Assembly: GCA_041641295.1 (NCBI GenBank)
Contig: JBEPYO010000001.1
Span: 320,001-384,000, forward strand
Origin: Nitrososphaerota archaeon
GTDB taxonomy: Archaea; Thermoproteota; Nitrososphaeria_A; Caldarchaeales; Calditenuaceae
DNA length: 64,000 nucleotides
Direction: 5' to 3'
In this document: piece after piece, positions 38,500 to 48,557 of the stretch
Layout: every line of letters begins with the position of its first letter
Numbering within the stretch: position 1 is the first letter of the stretch
Program-made: the position numbers and the translations under genes
Notes under the pieces: model-generated
Databases searched by the model: none
Told to the model about the DNA's origin: nothing
What the model saw: only the letters and a program-made list of their open reading frames with translations

Positions 38500-39045
38500 T
38501 CAAACAATATTTTGAATTCCCCCTATAAAGTTTTGTACAGCCACTATTATATAGTATTCAATAAAGGCCGCAGCTAAAATGACCAATGAGAACAGAAGCA
38601 GTGTCAAGAGATAGTATTTTATTTCAACCCTAGCCTGCTTCTTCAATATTTTGTAGCTCATTATAATGGAGCCTGTTACCATCCCGCCGTACCCTATGAA
38701 TTCCAGCAGACCATAGACGAGGAATATTGGTAGAACGACTAGGAGTGCTGGATTGGAATCTGTTAACATGGCCATGGCCGCGAAATATCGTCCCGTCTCG
38801 TATATGATCCATCCAGCAATGAGAGGCCCTGCAAAGGGTAATGCCATCAATAAAGAGAGGCCGAAGTTGTTGATGAATATGAAGTAGGGTGAGTCGACAC
38901 GTTTTGCAAGTTCTTCAAGCTGCTCTGAAAGCTGCTCCGCCTCTGAGGGGCTTAACGAGGCCTGCGACCCTAGAATCAGCACGCCGTATAGAGCGACAGA
39001 GACTATTAACGTCATGATGAGCCGTTTCTTAAAGTTTGGCCTCAT
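38500..39045 (-). CDS. SpoIIM (DUF95) family membrane protein
   Basis: IFINN, GLLE and AAFIE motifs with TM helices. Confidence 0.8.
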   Translation of the reverse strand: MRPNFKKRLIMTLIVSVALYGVLILGSQASLSPSEAEQLSEQLEELAKRVDSPYFIFINNFGLSLLMALPFAGPLIAGWIIYETGRYFAAMAMLTDSNPALLVVLPIFLVYGLLEFIGYGGMVTGSIIMSYKILKKQARVEIKYYLLTLLLFSLVILAAAFIEYYIIVAVQNFIGGIQNIV

Positions 39046-39065
39046 GCCATTATAGTCTAATACAC

Positions 39066-40106
39066 CTATGTTTTTAGCCTTGCTAGTTCACGCCTTAGCG
39101 CCGATATTTTGCTTACTGGGAGTGGATCGATGTTTTGCAGGGCTGCGTGATAGACGCTGACGTAGTCGGACCACATTATAGCTGAGAGAACCACCTCTGA
39201 TAGGGTTCCATCGAACCTCGCCTCAAACACTTTTTCCCCGAGAAGTTCCTTCAAAAACTCTAGCTGGATCCTAATCGACTCGTCCTCCCCGCTCCACCGA
39301 TACATTATGTACCTGTCCCGCCTAGTATCTGGTAGTGCCTCGAGGGTGTTGTGCATCGCTTCGGGAACATCGATAACCACGCACGGCCTCTTCGCGTTTT
39401 CGTTCAACTGGTTCTTTAGGCGCAGTGCTACAGGGTGTAGAGTGCTTTCCGATACTGCGTGGGGTAGGTGGTCCAGCAGGAAGATGGCTGCCTGCTTGGC
39501 CGAGTTCTCAGGTAAATCTGCATGTGCTGAGAAGGACTTTTTCGCCTTCTCAAGAGACTTGATGGAGGTTGTTAGCTCTTTCTCCGCCCCTGCCACTATG
39601 CCTGCAGCGTCAAGTATGGAGACTGCCGCACCAACCATCTCTGGAACTGCCATCCGCGGGGCCATGCCTCCCGTAACTTTTACTGTTGGGATTCCCCCAT
39701 CTAACGCCAATCTCTCTAATGAGCCTCCTGAACATATCGCCACCGCCTTGGCACCACTATGCAACACTCTTCGAGCAGCTCTCAGAACTTCTAGTGTCTC
39801 GCCAGAGTAGCTTAATAGAATCACTAGGGTGCTAGGTCCGACCCATGAGGGAATTGAAGCGGTCGTATAGGTTATCAATGGGGTCTTTGACCTCTGTTCG
39901 AAGAGTGTGGAGACTATGTGCCCCACTATTCCTGAGCCGCCCAGACCATAGAAAACAACAAACCCCACATCTGTGGCGGGAACATGTACTCTCTTTGCAG
40001 CCTCTATGCCGCGCATGTAGAGCTCTCCCTGCCTATCGATCAGCTGCAGCATAGTGTCTATCGCGGTCCTACTCTTCAGCGACTCCGCTGAGACGAGAAA
40101 GTTCAT
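39066..40106 (-). CDS. Bifunctional phosphoglucose/phosphomannose isomerase
   Basis: GLGGSG, SYSGETLE, LKNQLNENAK, PEAMHN, DPLPV..I. Confidence 0.92.
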   Translation of the reverse strand: MNFLVSAESLKSRTAIDTMLQLIDRQGELYMRGIEAAKRVHVPATDVGFVVFYGLGGSGIVGHIVSTLFEQRSKTPLITYTTASIPSWVGPSTLVILLSYSGETLEVLRAARRVLHSGAKAVAICSGGSLERLALDGGIPTVKVTGGMAPRMAVPEMVGAAVSILDAAGIVAGAEKELTTSIKSLEKAKKSFSAHADLPENSAKQAAIFLLDHLPHAVSESTLHPVALRLKNQLNENAKRPCVVIDVPEAMHNTLEALPDTRRDRYIMYRWSGEDESIRIQLEFLKELLGEKVFEARFDGTLSEVVLSAIMWSDYVSVYHAALQNIDPLPVSKISALRRELARLKT

Positions 40107-40110
40107 GCCG

Positions 40111-40947
40111 TCACCTCTCCACTCTAACCTCTAGGGCGCCAAGCCTTTCAAGCATCGCCCTCACCATCTGTTCCGCTTTAATTAGATTTGCTTCTGCCTT
40201 TTCCTTTGTTAACTCCTCACTCACAAGTTCTATCCTAGTAACCGAAACTCCATCTACGATGCCACTGGGATGAGACTTTAGATACACTTTTCTTTTGAGC
40301 GACCGATATATTTTTTCTAATTCCTGCGCATAAACAGATTCAGGCACACCCTTCACATCGAGCCAAATCCTAACGCGGTGTAGTCTCTTGGCCTCTTTCT
40401 CCATCCTCGGCTTGACTTCGTTTTCGAATATGTCCATCAGTTCTCTAGGTACACCCGGTAGAGAAACTATGTTCACACCTTTTATCTTTACTAGGCAGCC
40501 GGGTGCAGAGCCTGCGTTGTTTCTGAGAGCCGTGGCGCCTTTAGGCATGATAGCCATCTTTAGTCTTGCTCTTGTTAGCTCTGGGTCCTTGATGATTCCT
40601 TGGGCGTGGAGCTTCTCGTACCTCTCCTTCAGCATTTTGAGCGCCTCTTGGTTCACAACCAGTTTCCTCCCAACAGCCTTGGCGACGGCCTCCAACGTAA
40701 TATCATCGAACGTTGGCCCTAGCCCTCCACTGGTTATTATCCACTTCGCACCCCTCCTCATGGCTTCCTTAATGGCCCTGCTTATCTCGGAGATATCATC
40801 CCTCACCGTCGTGATCCTTCTCAGAGTTAGGCCGAGCTCGTGTAATTTTGAGGCGAGCCAGCCGCTGTTAGTGTCTTTTATGGAGCCGTTAAGAATCTCA
40901 TTCCCGATGATTATTATCTCGCAGATTGTGCCTTTCAGTCCTGCCAT
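40111..40947 (-). CDS. CinA-like molybdopterin-binding domain protein
   Basis: GNEILNG..DTNS, SGGLGPTFDD, LPGVPRE. Confidence 0.9.
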   Translation of the reverse strand: MAGLKGTICEIIIIGNEILNGSIKDTNSGWLASKLHELGLTLRRITTVRDDISEISRAIKEAMRRGAKWIITSGGLGPTFDDITLEAVAKAVGRKLVVNQEALKMLKERYEKLHAQGIIKDPELTRARLKMAIMPKGATALRNNAGSAPGCLVKIKGVNIVSLPGVPRELMDIFENEVKPRMEKEAKRLHRVRIWLDVKGVPESVYAQELEKIYRSLKRKVYLKSHPSGIVDGVSVTRIELVSEELTKEKAEANLIKAEQMVRAMLERLGALEVRVER

Positions 40948-41054
40948 TTCAAATGTGTAGACTGCTCGCTAATCAATTAAGATTTAGTGGAGCCTTGAGA
41001 CTGCCCCCGCCTGTTCGCCGCATATAACCTTTTTATCCATTCCCGTATGGATGG

Positions 41055-42551
41055 TTGTTGGATTTGGTTGATTGGGAGAGGCTTGAGTTGGAGCAGATAG
41101 GCATCGTGGCTAGCCCTAGCCGTGAGACTGACGCCGACTGCATCCTCCAAGAGGGCAAGGAGAAGGAGGTGACATCTGAGACCCTAGTCCTCATTGACAA
41201 CAGGAATGGGAACAAGGTTCTTGCAGTGTGCAGGGGAGGGGTAGGCCTCAATGACAATCTTAAGATAAACTACTATAACCCCGGTGTTGCCTACGCCCGA
41301 AGCGGTAAGAGCGCTAGTGTTGCGAAAGAGTTCTTCAGCTTTAAACTCGTGGTCATCGGGGATGTCACTGATGGGGAGATTAAGCAGAATAAGACGATCA
41401 TAGCCCCGGCCTCGCCTGTCTACAAGTTCAAGGAGGGGACAAACCCTATGGAGCTTCTCGGCTCAGCCAAGCACACTCTTGGCTACTATGCGATGGGGTC
41501 TCCTCATTGGAAGGTTCCAATCCTAGCCGAATATATTCCACACCACATAGGCGTCTTTGGTGTTACTGGCTCGGGGAAATCATTCCTCTGTAGGTATGAG
41601 CTAATCCCTCTCTTGCAGAGGGCGGGATACGATATACTGGTCTTTGACTGGAAGGGGAACGACTATGCACCCTACTATCCAGACTCAGTCATAAGCATGG
41701 GAGACATCGAGCTTGATGAGACTTCCATCTACGAGTATTTACTGGAGCGGCTGGATGGATTCGGAGGTGGGAAGATCGCCGAGCATCTGCAGAGATATCT
41801 CGAGGAAGTAATCTTAGGGGGAGATTGGCGAGGCTCAGACCCCATCGAGACTATTAGCCGGCTCAAAGAGGCTATGATAAAGACAATCACGGAAGATAAC
41901 TTGGAGAAGAGTGGAAACTTATCGAAGTGGGGGGAGATATATGTTAGGAGGGCTGTGAAGTATCTCAATAGACTAAGGCCAGAGGATATTAGGCCGGTAA
42001 TGGGTAGGCTAAATGCCTCGGAGATAATCAAGCTGCTCAGGGAGAAGAAGATACTCGTCATCGACTTGAGCTATGGTTCGAAGGAGCAGAAGCTCAGCAT
42101 TTTCCTTTCCATAACCCGCCGGCTAAAGGAGCTCATGGAGGAGAAGAACAGGCTCAATATCGCCGTGCTCATCGACGAGGCACCACAATACTGCCCATGG
42201 AATCCTAGAGGAATCGAGGAGGAGACGACAAAGCACATAATAGGGCTCGCAGCCCTCGGTAGGTCATATGGGCTCTCTTTAATCCTCGTTTCACAGGGAA
42301 TCGCTGGCGAGATAGGAATCAACGCAGCAGTGAGGCGAAACCTCAACACACTCTTCATCGGCAAGATCCACCCGCTCGACGCCATGGAGGCTGAAAAATT
42401 CTTCACAACATCTTGGATCAGTGCAGATAGCCTGCTGAGACTACCCGAAGGCCAGTTCTACATGGTAGGAAAGATGAATCCCTCACCAATACCACTGCTG
42501 ATAACCTTCCAGATAGAGGAGGGAGAGAAGATCAGGCATGGAAAGCGGTGA
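41055..42551 (+). CDS. HerA-family helicase/translocase ATPase
   Basis: N-terminal HAS-barrel-like region, Walker A HIGVFGVTGSGKS, FDWKG, Walker B VLIDEA, GRSYG..VSQ. Confidence 0.9.
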   Translation: MLDLVDWERLELEQIGIVASPSRETDADCILQEGKEKEVTSETLVLIDNRNGNKVLAVCRGGVGLNDNLKINYYNPGVAYARSGKSASVAKEFFSFKLVVIGDVTDGEIKQNKTIIAPASPVYKFKEGTNPMELLGSAKHTLGYYAMGSPHWKVPILAEYIPHHIGVFGVTGSGKSFLCRYELIPLLQRAGYDILVFDWKGNDYAPYYPDSVISMGDIELDETSIYEYLLERLDGFGGGKIAEHLQRYLEEVILGGDWRGSDPIETISRLKEAMIKTITEDNLEKSGNLSKWGEIYVRRAVKYLNRLRPEDIRPVMGRLNASEIIKLLREKKILVIDLSYGSKEQKLSIFLSITRRLKELMEEKNRLNIAVLIDEAPQYCPWNPRGIEEETTKHIIGLAALGRSYGLSLILVSQGIAGEIGINAAVRRNLNTLFIGKIHPLDAMEAEKFFTTSWISADSLLRLPEGQFYMVGKMNPSPIPLLITFQIEEGEKIRHGKR

Positions 42552-43821
42552 AATCCCCGAGATCTTAAAGATTCCACGCCCCCTCCAAGAGAAATTCTTT
42601 AACGCAGCAGAGGAGGAGGCTGACCGGCTCCTAAAAAGGGTTGGAGAGATTGAGAAGCTGATTGATCATCTCAGCAAGGAGGTTTCCAGAGGCATTTCGC
42701 GCATCCGGTTGAGAAGTGATTGGCGGGACATGACTATAGCCGTTGTCGACGGGTCAGATACGCCTGCCATCGATGAGAGAATCGGGGTCAGGTTTGGACT
42801 CTACGCGGCCGCCTACAAGCTCTTCAGGGGAGAGGACCCTCTGGAAAACGGTGAAGGGTATCTCGGTGACCGTCTAAATGAGCAGATACGCGTGAGTAGG
42901 GAGACCTTCCTCAAAGTGTTAGACCTCGTGACTACTTATCTGGAGAGGGTGCTTGCAGAATATCTCCTCACGCAGAGTGACCCGTATGTAGACTTGCTTA
43001 TATTGGATGGAAGTTTCCTAGGCTATAGAGCTGGCTGCAGCCTAGTAAAGCGCGAACAAATTGAGCTCACAGAGCCCGTGACTGGAAAACACTTCAGAAC
43101 CGTTTACGACCTGATCTCGGAGATTAATGCCCTCACGGAGAGGATAGCAGGTTCCGGGAGGGCTGTAGGCATCATCAAGCGCGTCCCAACAGAGGCTATT
43201 GACGGCTACATAAGGTATAGGTACGGTGAGAAGGAGGGTGTGAACCTGAGCGACAGAGCGTTGCTGAGTCTAACGATGAGCCCAGGCGAGGTCTTCAGCT
43301 ATGAGAAGTATTTCGGAGCCAGGCTTAGGATTGATGCACTCTCATGGTATAGAACTGTTGCGAGAGACCCGAAGGTTAGGGATAAGAGCCCAGAAGTGAT
43401 TTTAAGGGAGGCGGAGAGGCGTGTAAAGGTCCAGCTCATGGCAGACCTCACCGCGCCAACTTCTAGGAAGAGTCGTGGAAAAGAGTCGCAAGATAGCATT
43501 CTGAAGGTTGCAGACAGGTTGTCGAGATTTTTTGTAATGACTAGGGAAGGCCTGCCGCCAATCTGTGTCGAGGTTCCTGACACAGTTTTAGAGCGCGAGA
43601 ACCTATTGGATAACGTTTTATCCTATTGTCTTGAAACCTCTTCCCCCGTCACAGGTCTTCCGAAGAGTTTAGACCTTGTCGATGATCTTGTTTCTCTTCC
43701 ACGGGGGTTGGGCAGGGATTTTGTGACTGAGGTGGAGGCGAGGCTGCTGATGCGTGGTGTGGATAGCAGGCGGCTTGTCGCCCTTTTCAGCCGGTTCAAC
43801 CCCCAGAAAGACGAGTATTAG
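42538..43821 (+). CDS. NurA-family nuclease
   Basis: AVVDGS, LE, LILDGSF, GIIKR, C-terminal GLP..LDLVD; overlaps the herA-like gene. Confidence 0.88.
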   Translation: MESGEIPEILKIPRPLQEKFFNAAEEEADRLLKRVGEIEKLIDHLSKEVSRGISRIRLRSDWRDMTIAVVDGSDTPAIDERIGVRFGLYAAAYKLFRGEDPLENGEGYLGDRLNEQIRVSRETFLKVLDLVTTYLERVLAEYLLTQSDPYVDLLILDGSFLGYRAGCSLVKREQIELTEPVTGKHFRTVYDLISEINALTERIAGSGRAVGIIKRVPTEAIDGYIRYRYGEKEGVNLSDRALLSLTMSPGEVFSYEKYFGARLRIDALSWYRTVARDPKVRDKSPEVILREAERRVKVQLMADLTAPTSRKSRGKESQDSILKVADRLSRFFVMTREGLPPICVEVPDTVLERENLLDNVLSYCLETSSPVTGLPKSLDLVDDLVSLPRGLGRDFVTEVEARLLMRGVDSRRLVALFSRFNPQKDEY

Positions 43822-45536
43822 AGTGGGGCGTTTTTAGCAGCCTTCAACGAGTCGTCTATCTCGCCCACGTTGTTTGCACGCCTGTTGATGAGGTCTAGAA
43901 TCCAGTGGGTCAGCTGCTGCAGTGTCAGCCCCTTCGCCAACCTCCCCTTATAGTCTCTGAGAGTCAAGGTCTCATTTTCCTCCTCCTCATCACCAACTAT
44001 AGCCATGAAGGAAGCCCTTAACTGGTGGGCTGCCCTTATCCTTTTCTCCAAAGTCCCCTCAACCCAGAGCTCAGCCCTAATACCAGCGTCGCAAAGGGCG
44101 TTCTTCACCTTCGAGGCGTAAGCGACATTCTTCTCACTCACAGGAAGGACTACCAGCTGTGTGGGCGATAGCCAGAGTGGCAGCCTCCAGTTATAGTGCT
44201 CCAAGAGGATGCCCATGAATCTCTCAATGGAACCTAGGATTGCACGATGTATCATAACCGGCCTTCTATACGACCCGTCCTTATCGACGTATTTCAAGTC
44301 AAGCCTCTCGGGAAGGAAGAAGTCCAGCTGGATCGTGGAGCACTGCCACCGCCTACCCAGCGAGTCAACAACGTCAACATCGATCTTCGGCCCATAGAAT
44401 GCGCCTTCTCCCTCTTTCACCTCATAGCTCAAGCCAGAGTCTAACAAGGCCTTCTTCAGTGCCTCGGTCGCCTCATCCCACTTGGCCGGGTCGCCTATGA
44501 ATGACTCCGGCCTCGTCGAAAGCGTGGCATATATCTCTCCATTCAAGGTTAACTCGAAAACGTGGATCACCTCTCCGAGAATCTTAGCGATTGTCTGCTC
44601 AACTTGGTCGGGTCTGACAAAGGCGTGTCCATCGTCCTGGGTTATGCTTCTAACCCTGAAGAGGCCTGTGAGCTCACCTGGCTGCTCGTTTCTATACACT
44701 GTGCCGAACTCTGAAAGCATTATTGGTAGATCGCGATAACTTCTTGGCCTGCTTGCGTATATCATTGCGTGTCCCGGACAGTTCATTGGCTTTACAACAT
44801 ACTCCTCTCCACGCGCAGTTAGAATAAACATTCTTTCACGATAGTGCTCGTAGTGGCCGGTCTGATACCATATATCTGACTTGAACAGGTGTGGCGTCCA
44901 GACCTCCTCGAAGCCCAGCCGCGAGTTTACCTCCCTTATCAGCTTTATCAACTCATCCCTGATTATCCTTCCACGCGCGTGGAATATGGGGAAGCCTGAG
45001 CCGAGTATTGGGTGTATGCTGAAGAGGTCTAGTTCCCTCCCCATCTCGACGTGGCGCGTCTCCCTCTCCTCCGATACAGCGGCTACGACTGGCTGGCCCT
45101 CCTCCACCCTCCTCAACCTGAGCGTCTCGTGAGAGACAGACCTAAACTGCTCGGCCAAGGGATGACCCTTTACCGAGATGCTGAAGCGTTTGTTCCAGCC
45201 GAATGGGGCCCTATGGACTTTAAGCCCCATCCCGGCTGCTTTCTTCTCCAAGTATCTGACCATGTGTAGCGCTTTCATGGGTGGGGCTAGAGCGTTGCTG
45301 AGGTGGGCGTATGGGTATATGACCAGCGTGTCCGCCCCAAGCTTCTCCATCGACTCCGCAACATCCTTTAAAAGGGCGTCCGCAACCTCCTCGTCATCCT
45401 TCTCCTCTATAGTCGTGAATAAGACAACGGCGTCCCTGACGCTAGTTGTGCTGGGTTGGATGTCTTCAAAGACAGCACCCTCACGCCTGATAGGTTCATA
45501 CTCAATGTAGTCGACATGTAGTTGTAGTGCTTTCAT
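43818..45536 (-). CDS. thrS: Threonine--tRNA ligase
   Basis: Archaeal editing domain (YPYAHLS, APFGW, KGHPLAE); KPMNCPGH, YRNE, QDDGH, AFYGPKID, IHRAILGSIERF. Confidence 0.97.
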   Translation of the reverse strand: MKALQLHVDYIEYEPIRREGAVFEDIQPSTTSVRDAVVLFTTIEEKDDEEVADALLKDVAESMEKLGADTLVIYPYAHLSNALAPPMKALHMVRYLEKKAAGMGLKVHRAPFGWNKRFSISVKGHPLAEQFRSVSHETLRLRRVEEGQPVVAAVSEERETRHVEMGRELDLFSIHPILGSGFPIFHARGRIIRDELIKLIREVNSRLGFEEVWTPHLFKSDIWYQTGHYEHYRERMFILTARGEEYVVKPMNCPGHAMIYASRPRSYRDLPIMLSEFGTVYRNEQPGELTGLFRVRSITQDDGHAFVRPDQVEQTIAKILGEVIHVFELTLNGEIYATLSTRPESFIGDPAKWDEATEALKKALLDSGLSYEVKEGEGAFYGPKIDVDVVDSLGRRWQCSTIQLDFFLPERLDLKYVDKDGSYRRPVMIHRAILGSIERFMGILLEHYNWRLPLWLSPTQLVVLPVSEKNVAYASKVKNALCDAGIRAELWVEGTLEKRIRAAHQLRASFMAIVGDEEEENETLTLRDYKGRLAKGLTLQQLTHWILDLINRRANNVGEIDDSLKAAKNAPL

Positions 45537-45614
45537 CCCATCGCTAAACAACGGACAGAGAATACCTATAATTAAAAATATCTCGCCGCTGATTATTCGG
45601 GGCTGGGGAGTTTA

Positions 45615-46244
45615 TTGCAGCAGCGGAGCAGGAAAGAGCTGCAGAGGGGGCTTGTAAACCGGCTGGCTGGTGGATTGATTAGATTTTTTGTGGAGCGAGG
45701 AATCTCGCCCTTCCACCTCACCTACGCGTCTTTCACTCTGTCAGTAATCTCCGCGGTCTTCTACGCTTTGACAGGAGCCTCAATACTGTTTACAGCCTTT
45801 GGAGGAGTATCATGGCTTATTTCAGGATTCTTCGACGCCATAGACGGAGAGGTCGCACGCCTCTCATCAAAAACCACTAAGCTAGGCGCGTATCTAGACT
45901 CCATGTTTGACAAGGCTGGGGAAGCTCTCGTGTGCATCGGGATACTGCTCTCCGGCATAGTCGACGGTATAGCAGTACTGCTATTCTGCGCCACATCCCT
46001 TCTCGTAAGCTATGCTAGGGCTAGGGCGGAGGGGGTGGGGGTCTCGCTGAAGGGCGTCGGGATAGCCGAGAGGGCTGAGAGGATAATCCTCATAGCAGCG
46101 GCCTCCCTAATAGTCCCCCTCTACCCAGCCTCCCTAAACATAGCCCTATACCTAGGGGCGGCTCTGGCATCAATAACCGTCGCCTGGAGGACACTCCACG
46201 TTATAGGATCTCTAAGGGGAGAGAGGCCCGGCGCCGAGGCATAG
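45615..46244 (+). CDS. CDP-alcohol phosphatidyltransferase (archaetidylinositol phosphate synthase-like)
   Basis: DAIDGEVAR..GAYLDSMFD, SYARARAE, ERAER. Confidence 0.92.
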   Translation: MQQRSRKELQRGLVNRLAGGLIRFFVERGISPFHLTYASFTLSVISAVFYALTGASILFTAFGGVSWLISGFFDAIDGEVARLSSKTTKLGAYLDSMFDKAGEALVCIGILLSGIVDGIAVLLFCATSLLVSYARARAEGVGVSLKGVGIAERAERIILIAAASLIVPLYPASLNIALYLGAALASITVAWRTLHVIGSLRGERPGAEA

Positions 46245-46277
46245 TTAAAATTCTCGAGGCCACCCACCAGATGGTAG

Positions 46278-46835
46278 ATGCGCATACCGGAGGAGTGGAG
46301 CACTGAAAACATCGTCATAAACGACCCGGGTCTAAAGGCATACATATGTCTCAGACCCACACTGGTACCTCACTCTGGAGGGAGGCACGAGCACAGAAGG
46401 TTCGGGAAGGCTGAAGTCCACATAGTCGAGAGGCTGGCAAACATGTTCATGAGACCGGGAAAAAACGGTGGGAAGAAGTATAGAGGGCTACAGATTGTGT
46501 TAAACGCCCTCAGAATAGTCCAGCTGAGGACTCGGGAAAACCCCCTGCAAGTCCTTATCAGGGCAATAGAGAACTCGGCCCCGCGGGAAGACGTGACAAG
46601 AGTAACCTATGGTGGGATAACCTACTTCAAGGCCGTGGACATCTCGCCCCAGAGGCGCCTAGACTTGGCTCTTAGGTGGCTAGCCGAGGCGGCCAGGACC
46701 GCCTCCTTCAGGAGCCCCCTAACCACGGAGGAGGCTTTGGCGAATGAGCTAATTCTGGCGGCAAGCAATGATGTAAGGAGCTACGCCATAAAAAAGAAGA
46801 ACGAGCAGGAAAGAGTAGCCCTAGCCTCTAGGTAG
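46278..46835 (+). CDS. rps7: 30S ribosomal protein S7 (uS7)
   Basis: PHSGGRH..IVERL, AVDISPQRRLDLA, ERVALASR. Confidence 0.98.
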   Translation: MRIPEEWSTENIVINDPGLKAYICLRPTLVPHSGGRHEHRRFGKAEVHIVERLANMFMRPGKNGGKKYRGLQIVLNALRIVQLRTRENPLQVLIRAIENSAPREDVTRVTYGGITYFKAVDISPQRRLDLALRWLAEAARTASFRSPLTTEEALANELILAASNDVRSYAIKKKNEQERVALASR

Positions 46836-46902
46836 TTTTCTGGCGTTGCTGGGGCCAGAGTGGGCTTAAATAGGAGCAGTAATAATTTTAATCGAGTCTG
46901 AA

Positions 46903-48201
46903 TTGTCTCAGAAGCCACACCTAAACCTCATAGTGATTGGGCATGTAGACCATGGAAAATCGACGACTATGGGGCACTTCCTAGTGCTGAACAAGACAAT
47001 CGACGAGAGACAGCTAAAACAGCTGGAAGAGGAGGCTAAAAGACTGGGTAAAGACACCTTCGTCTACGCCTTCATCATGGACTCGATAAAAGAGGAGAGG
47101 GAGAGGGGCCTGACGATCCAGCTGAGCTTCCAGAAATTCGAGACAAAGAAGTACTTCTTCACAATCATAGACGCTCCAGGACATAGAGACTTCGTCAAAA
47201 ACATGATCACGGGCGCATCACAGGCAGATGCAGCTATACTTGTCGTCTCAGCCAAGAAAGGTGAGTATGAGGTAGGAATATCTACAGGCGGCCAAACCAG
47301 GGAGCACCTATTCCTGTCATTCATGCTCGGTATAAGACAGTTCATCGTCTTAGTAAATAAGATGGACGACGCATCGGTCAACTGGTCGAAAGAAAGGTAC
47401 GAAGAAGTCAAGCAGGGAGTCTCCGCACTCATGAAACAGATAGGCATCGACCCGTCAAAGATCCCATTCATACCAATATCGGGATGGACTGGGGACAACT
47501 TGGTCAGCAAGAGCGACAAGATGCCCTGGTACACAGGCCCCACGCTCTTGGAGGCTCTTGACCTGTTCCAAGAACCACCCAAGCCGATAGACAAGCCTTT
47601 GAGGCTGCCTATCCAGGCGGTCTACTCGATTAAGGGTGTCGGCACGGTACCAGTTGGGCGTGTAGAGACAGGAGTCCTGAAGCCTGGAGACCAGGTAGTT
47701 ATAATGCCGGGCAACATTAGGGCTGAGGTAAAGAGCATTGAGATGCATCACACACCGCTGCAGCAGGCAGTGCCGGGGGACAACATAGGGTTTAACCTTA
47801 AGGGTGTAGACAAGTCGCAGCTCTCAAGAGGTATGGTGGTGAGCCATGTGGATAATCCGTGTAAAGTTGCTGAGGAGTTTGAGGCTCAGATAATTGTGAT
47901 AAACCATCCGACAGCGGTGGCAGTGGGTTACACCCCAGTGATGCACATCCACACCGCGCAGGTTGCCGTCAAGTTTAAGGAGCTTAAGGCTAAGATCGAC
48001 CCGAGAACAGGCCAGGTAGTTGAGCAGAACCCACAGTTCCTCAAGACGGGTGATGCGGCTCTAGTTGTACTACAGCCATTGAGGCCGGTAGCCCTAGAGG
48101 CCTACAGCGACTTCCCACAGCTCGGGAGATTCGCTATTAGAGACATGGGAATGACTGTTGCCGCAGGCGTAGTTAGAAGGATAACGAAGCTGGCCGCCTA
48201 A
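46903..48201 (+). CDS. tuf: Elongation factor 1-alpha
   Basis: GHVDHGKST, ERERGLTI, DAPGHRDF, NKMD, GRFAIRDMG. Confidence 0.99.
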   Translation: MSQKPHLNLIVIGHVDHGKSTTMGHFLVLNKTIDERQLKQLEEEAKRLGKDTFVYAFIMDSIKEERERGLTIQLSFQKFETKKYFFTIIDAPGHRDFVKNMITGASQADAAILVVSAKKGEYEVGISTGGQTREHLFLSFMLGIRQFIVLVNKMDDASVNWSKERYEEVKQGVSALMKQIGIDPSKIPFIPISGWTGDNLVSKSDKMPWYTGPTLLEALDLFQEPPKPIDKPLRLPIQAVYSIKGVGTVPVGRVETGVLKPGDQVVIMPGNIRAEVKSIEMHHTPLQQAVPGDNIGFNLKGVDKSQLSRGMVVSHVDNPCKVAEEFEAQIIVINHPTAVAVGYTPVMHIHTAQVAVKFKELKAKIDPRTGQVVEQNPQFLKTGDAALVVLQPLRPVALEAYSDFPQLGRFAIRDMGMTVAAGVVRRITKLAA

Positions 48202-48516
48202 CTAGGTGCTTAGCCTCATCTCAACCGAGACTTCCTCAGGTATTTGTATCCTCATAAGTTCTCTCATAACCCTAGGGTCATTGATAACAAGGTCTATCAC
48301 CCTCCTATGCATTCTCAACTCCCACTTCCTCCAAGTCTTAGTCCCCTCCCCGCATGGAGATTTTCTCACCGGCAGAACTAGCCGCCGCGTCGGTAGGGGC
48401 GTGGGGCCCCGCATCTTGGCCCCAGTCCTCTCTACGATCCCCTTAATCTCCCTACATATCGACTCGAGCTTCTCTAAGTCCGTTGACGTCAGCTTTATCC
48501 TCACGACCTGCTGCAT
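48202..48516 (-). CDS. rps10: 30S ribosomal protein S10 (uS10)
   Basis: RIKLTS, GPTPLPT, RKSPCGEG..WELRMHRR. Confidence 0.97.
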   Translation of the reverse strand: MQQVVRIKLTSTDLEKLESICREIKGIVERTGAKMRGPTPLPTRRLVLPVRKSPCGEGTKTWRKWELRMHRRVIDLVINDPRVMRELMRIQIPEEVSVEMRLST

Positions 48517-48557
48517 GGGAAACCGCACATGAGATAGCTAAGAGGACTATATTAGCT

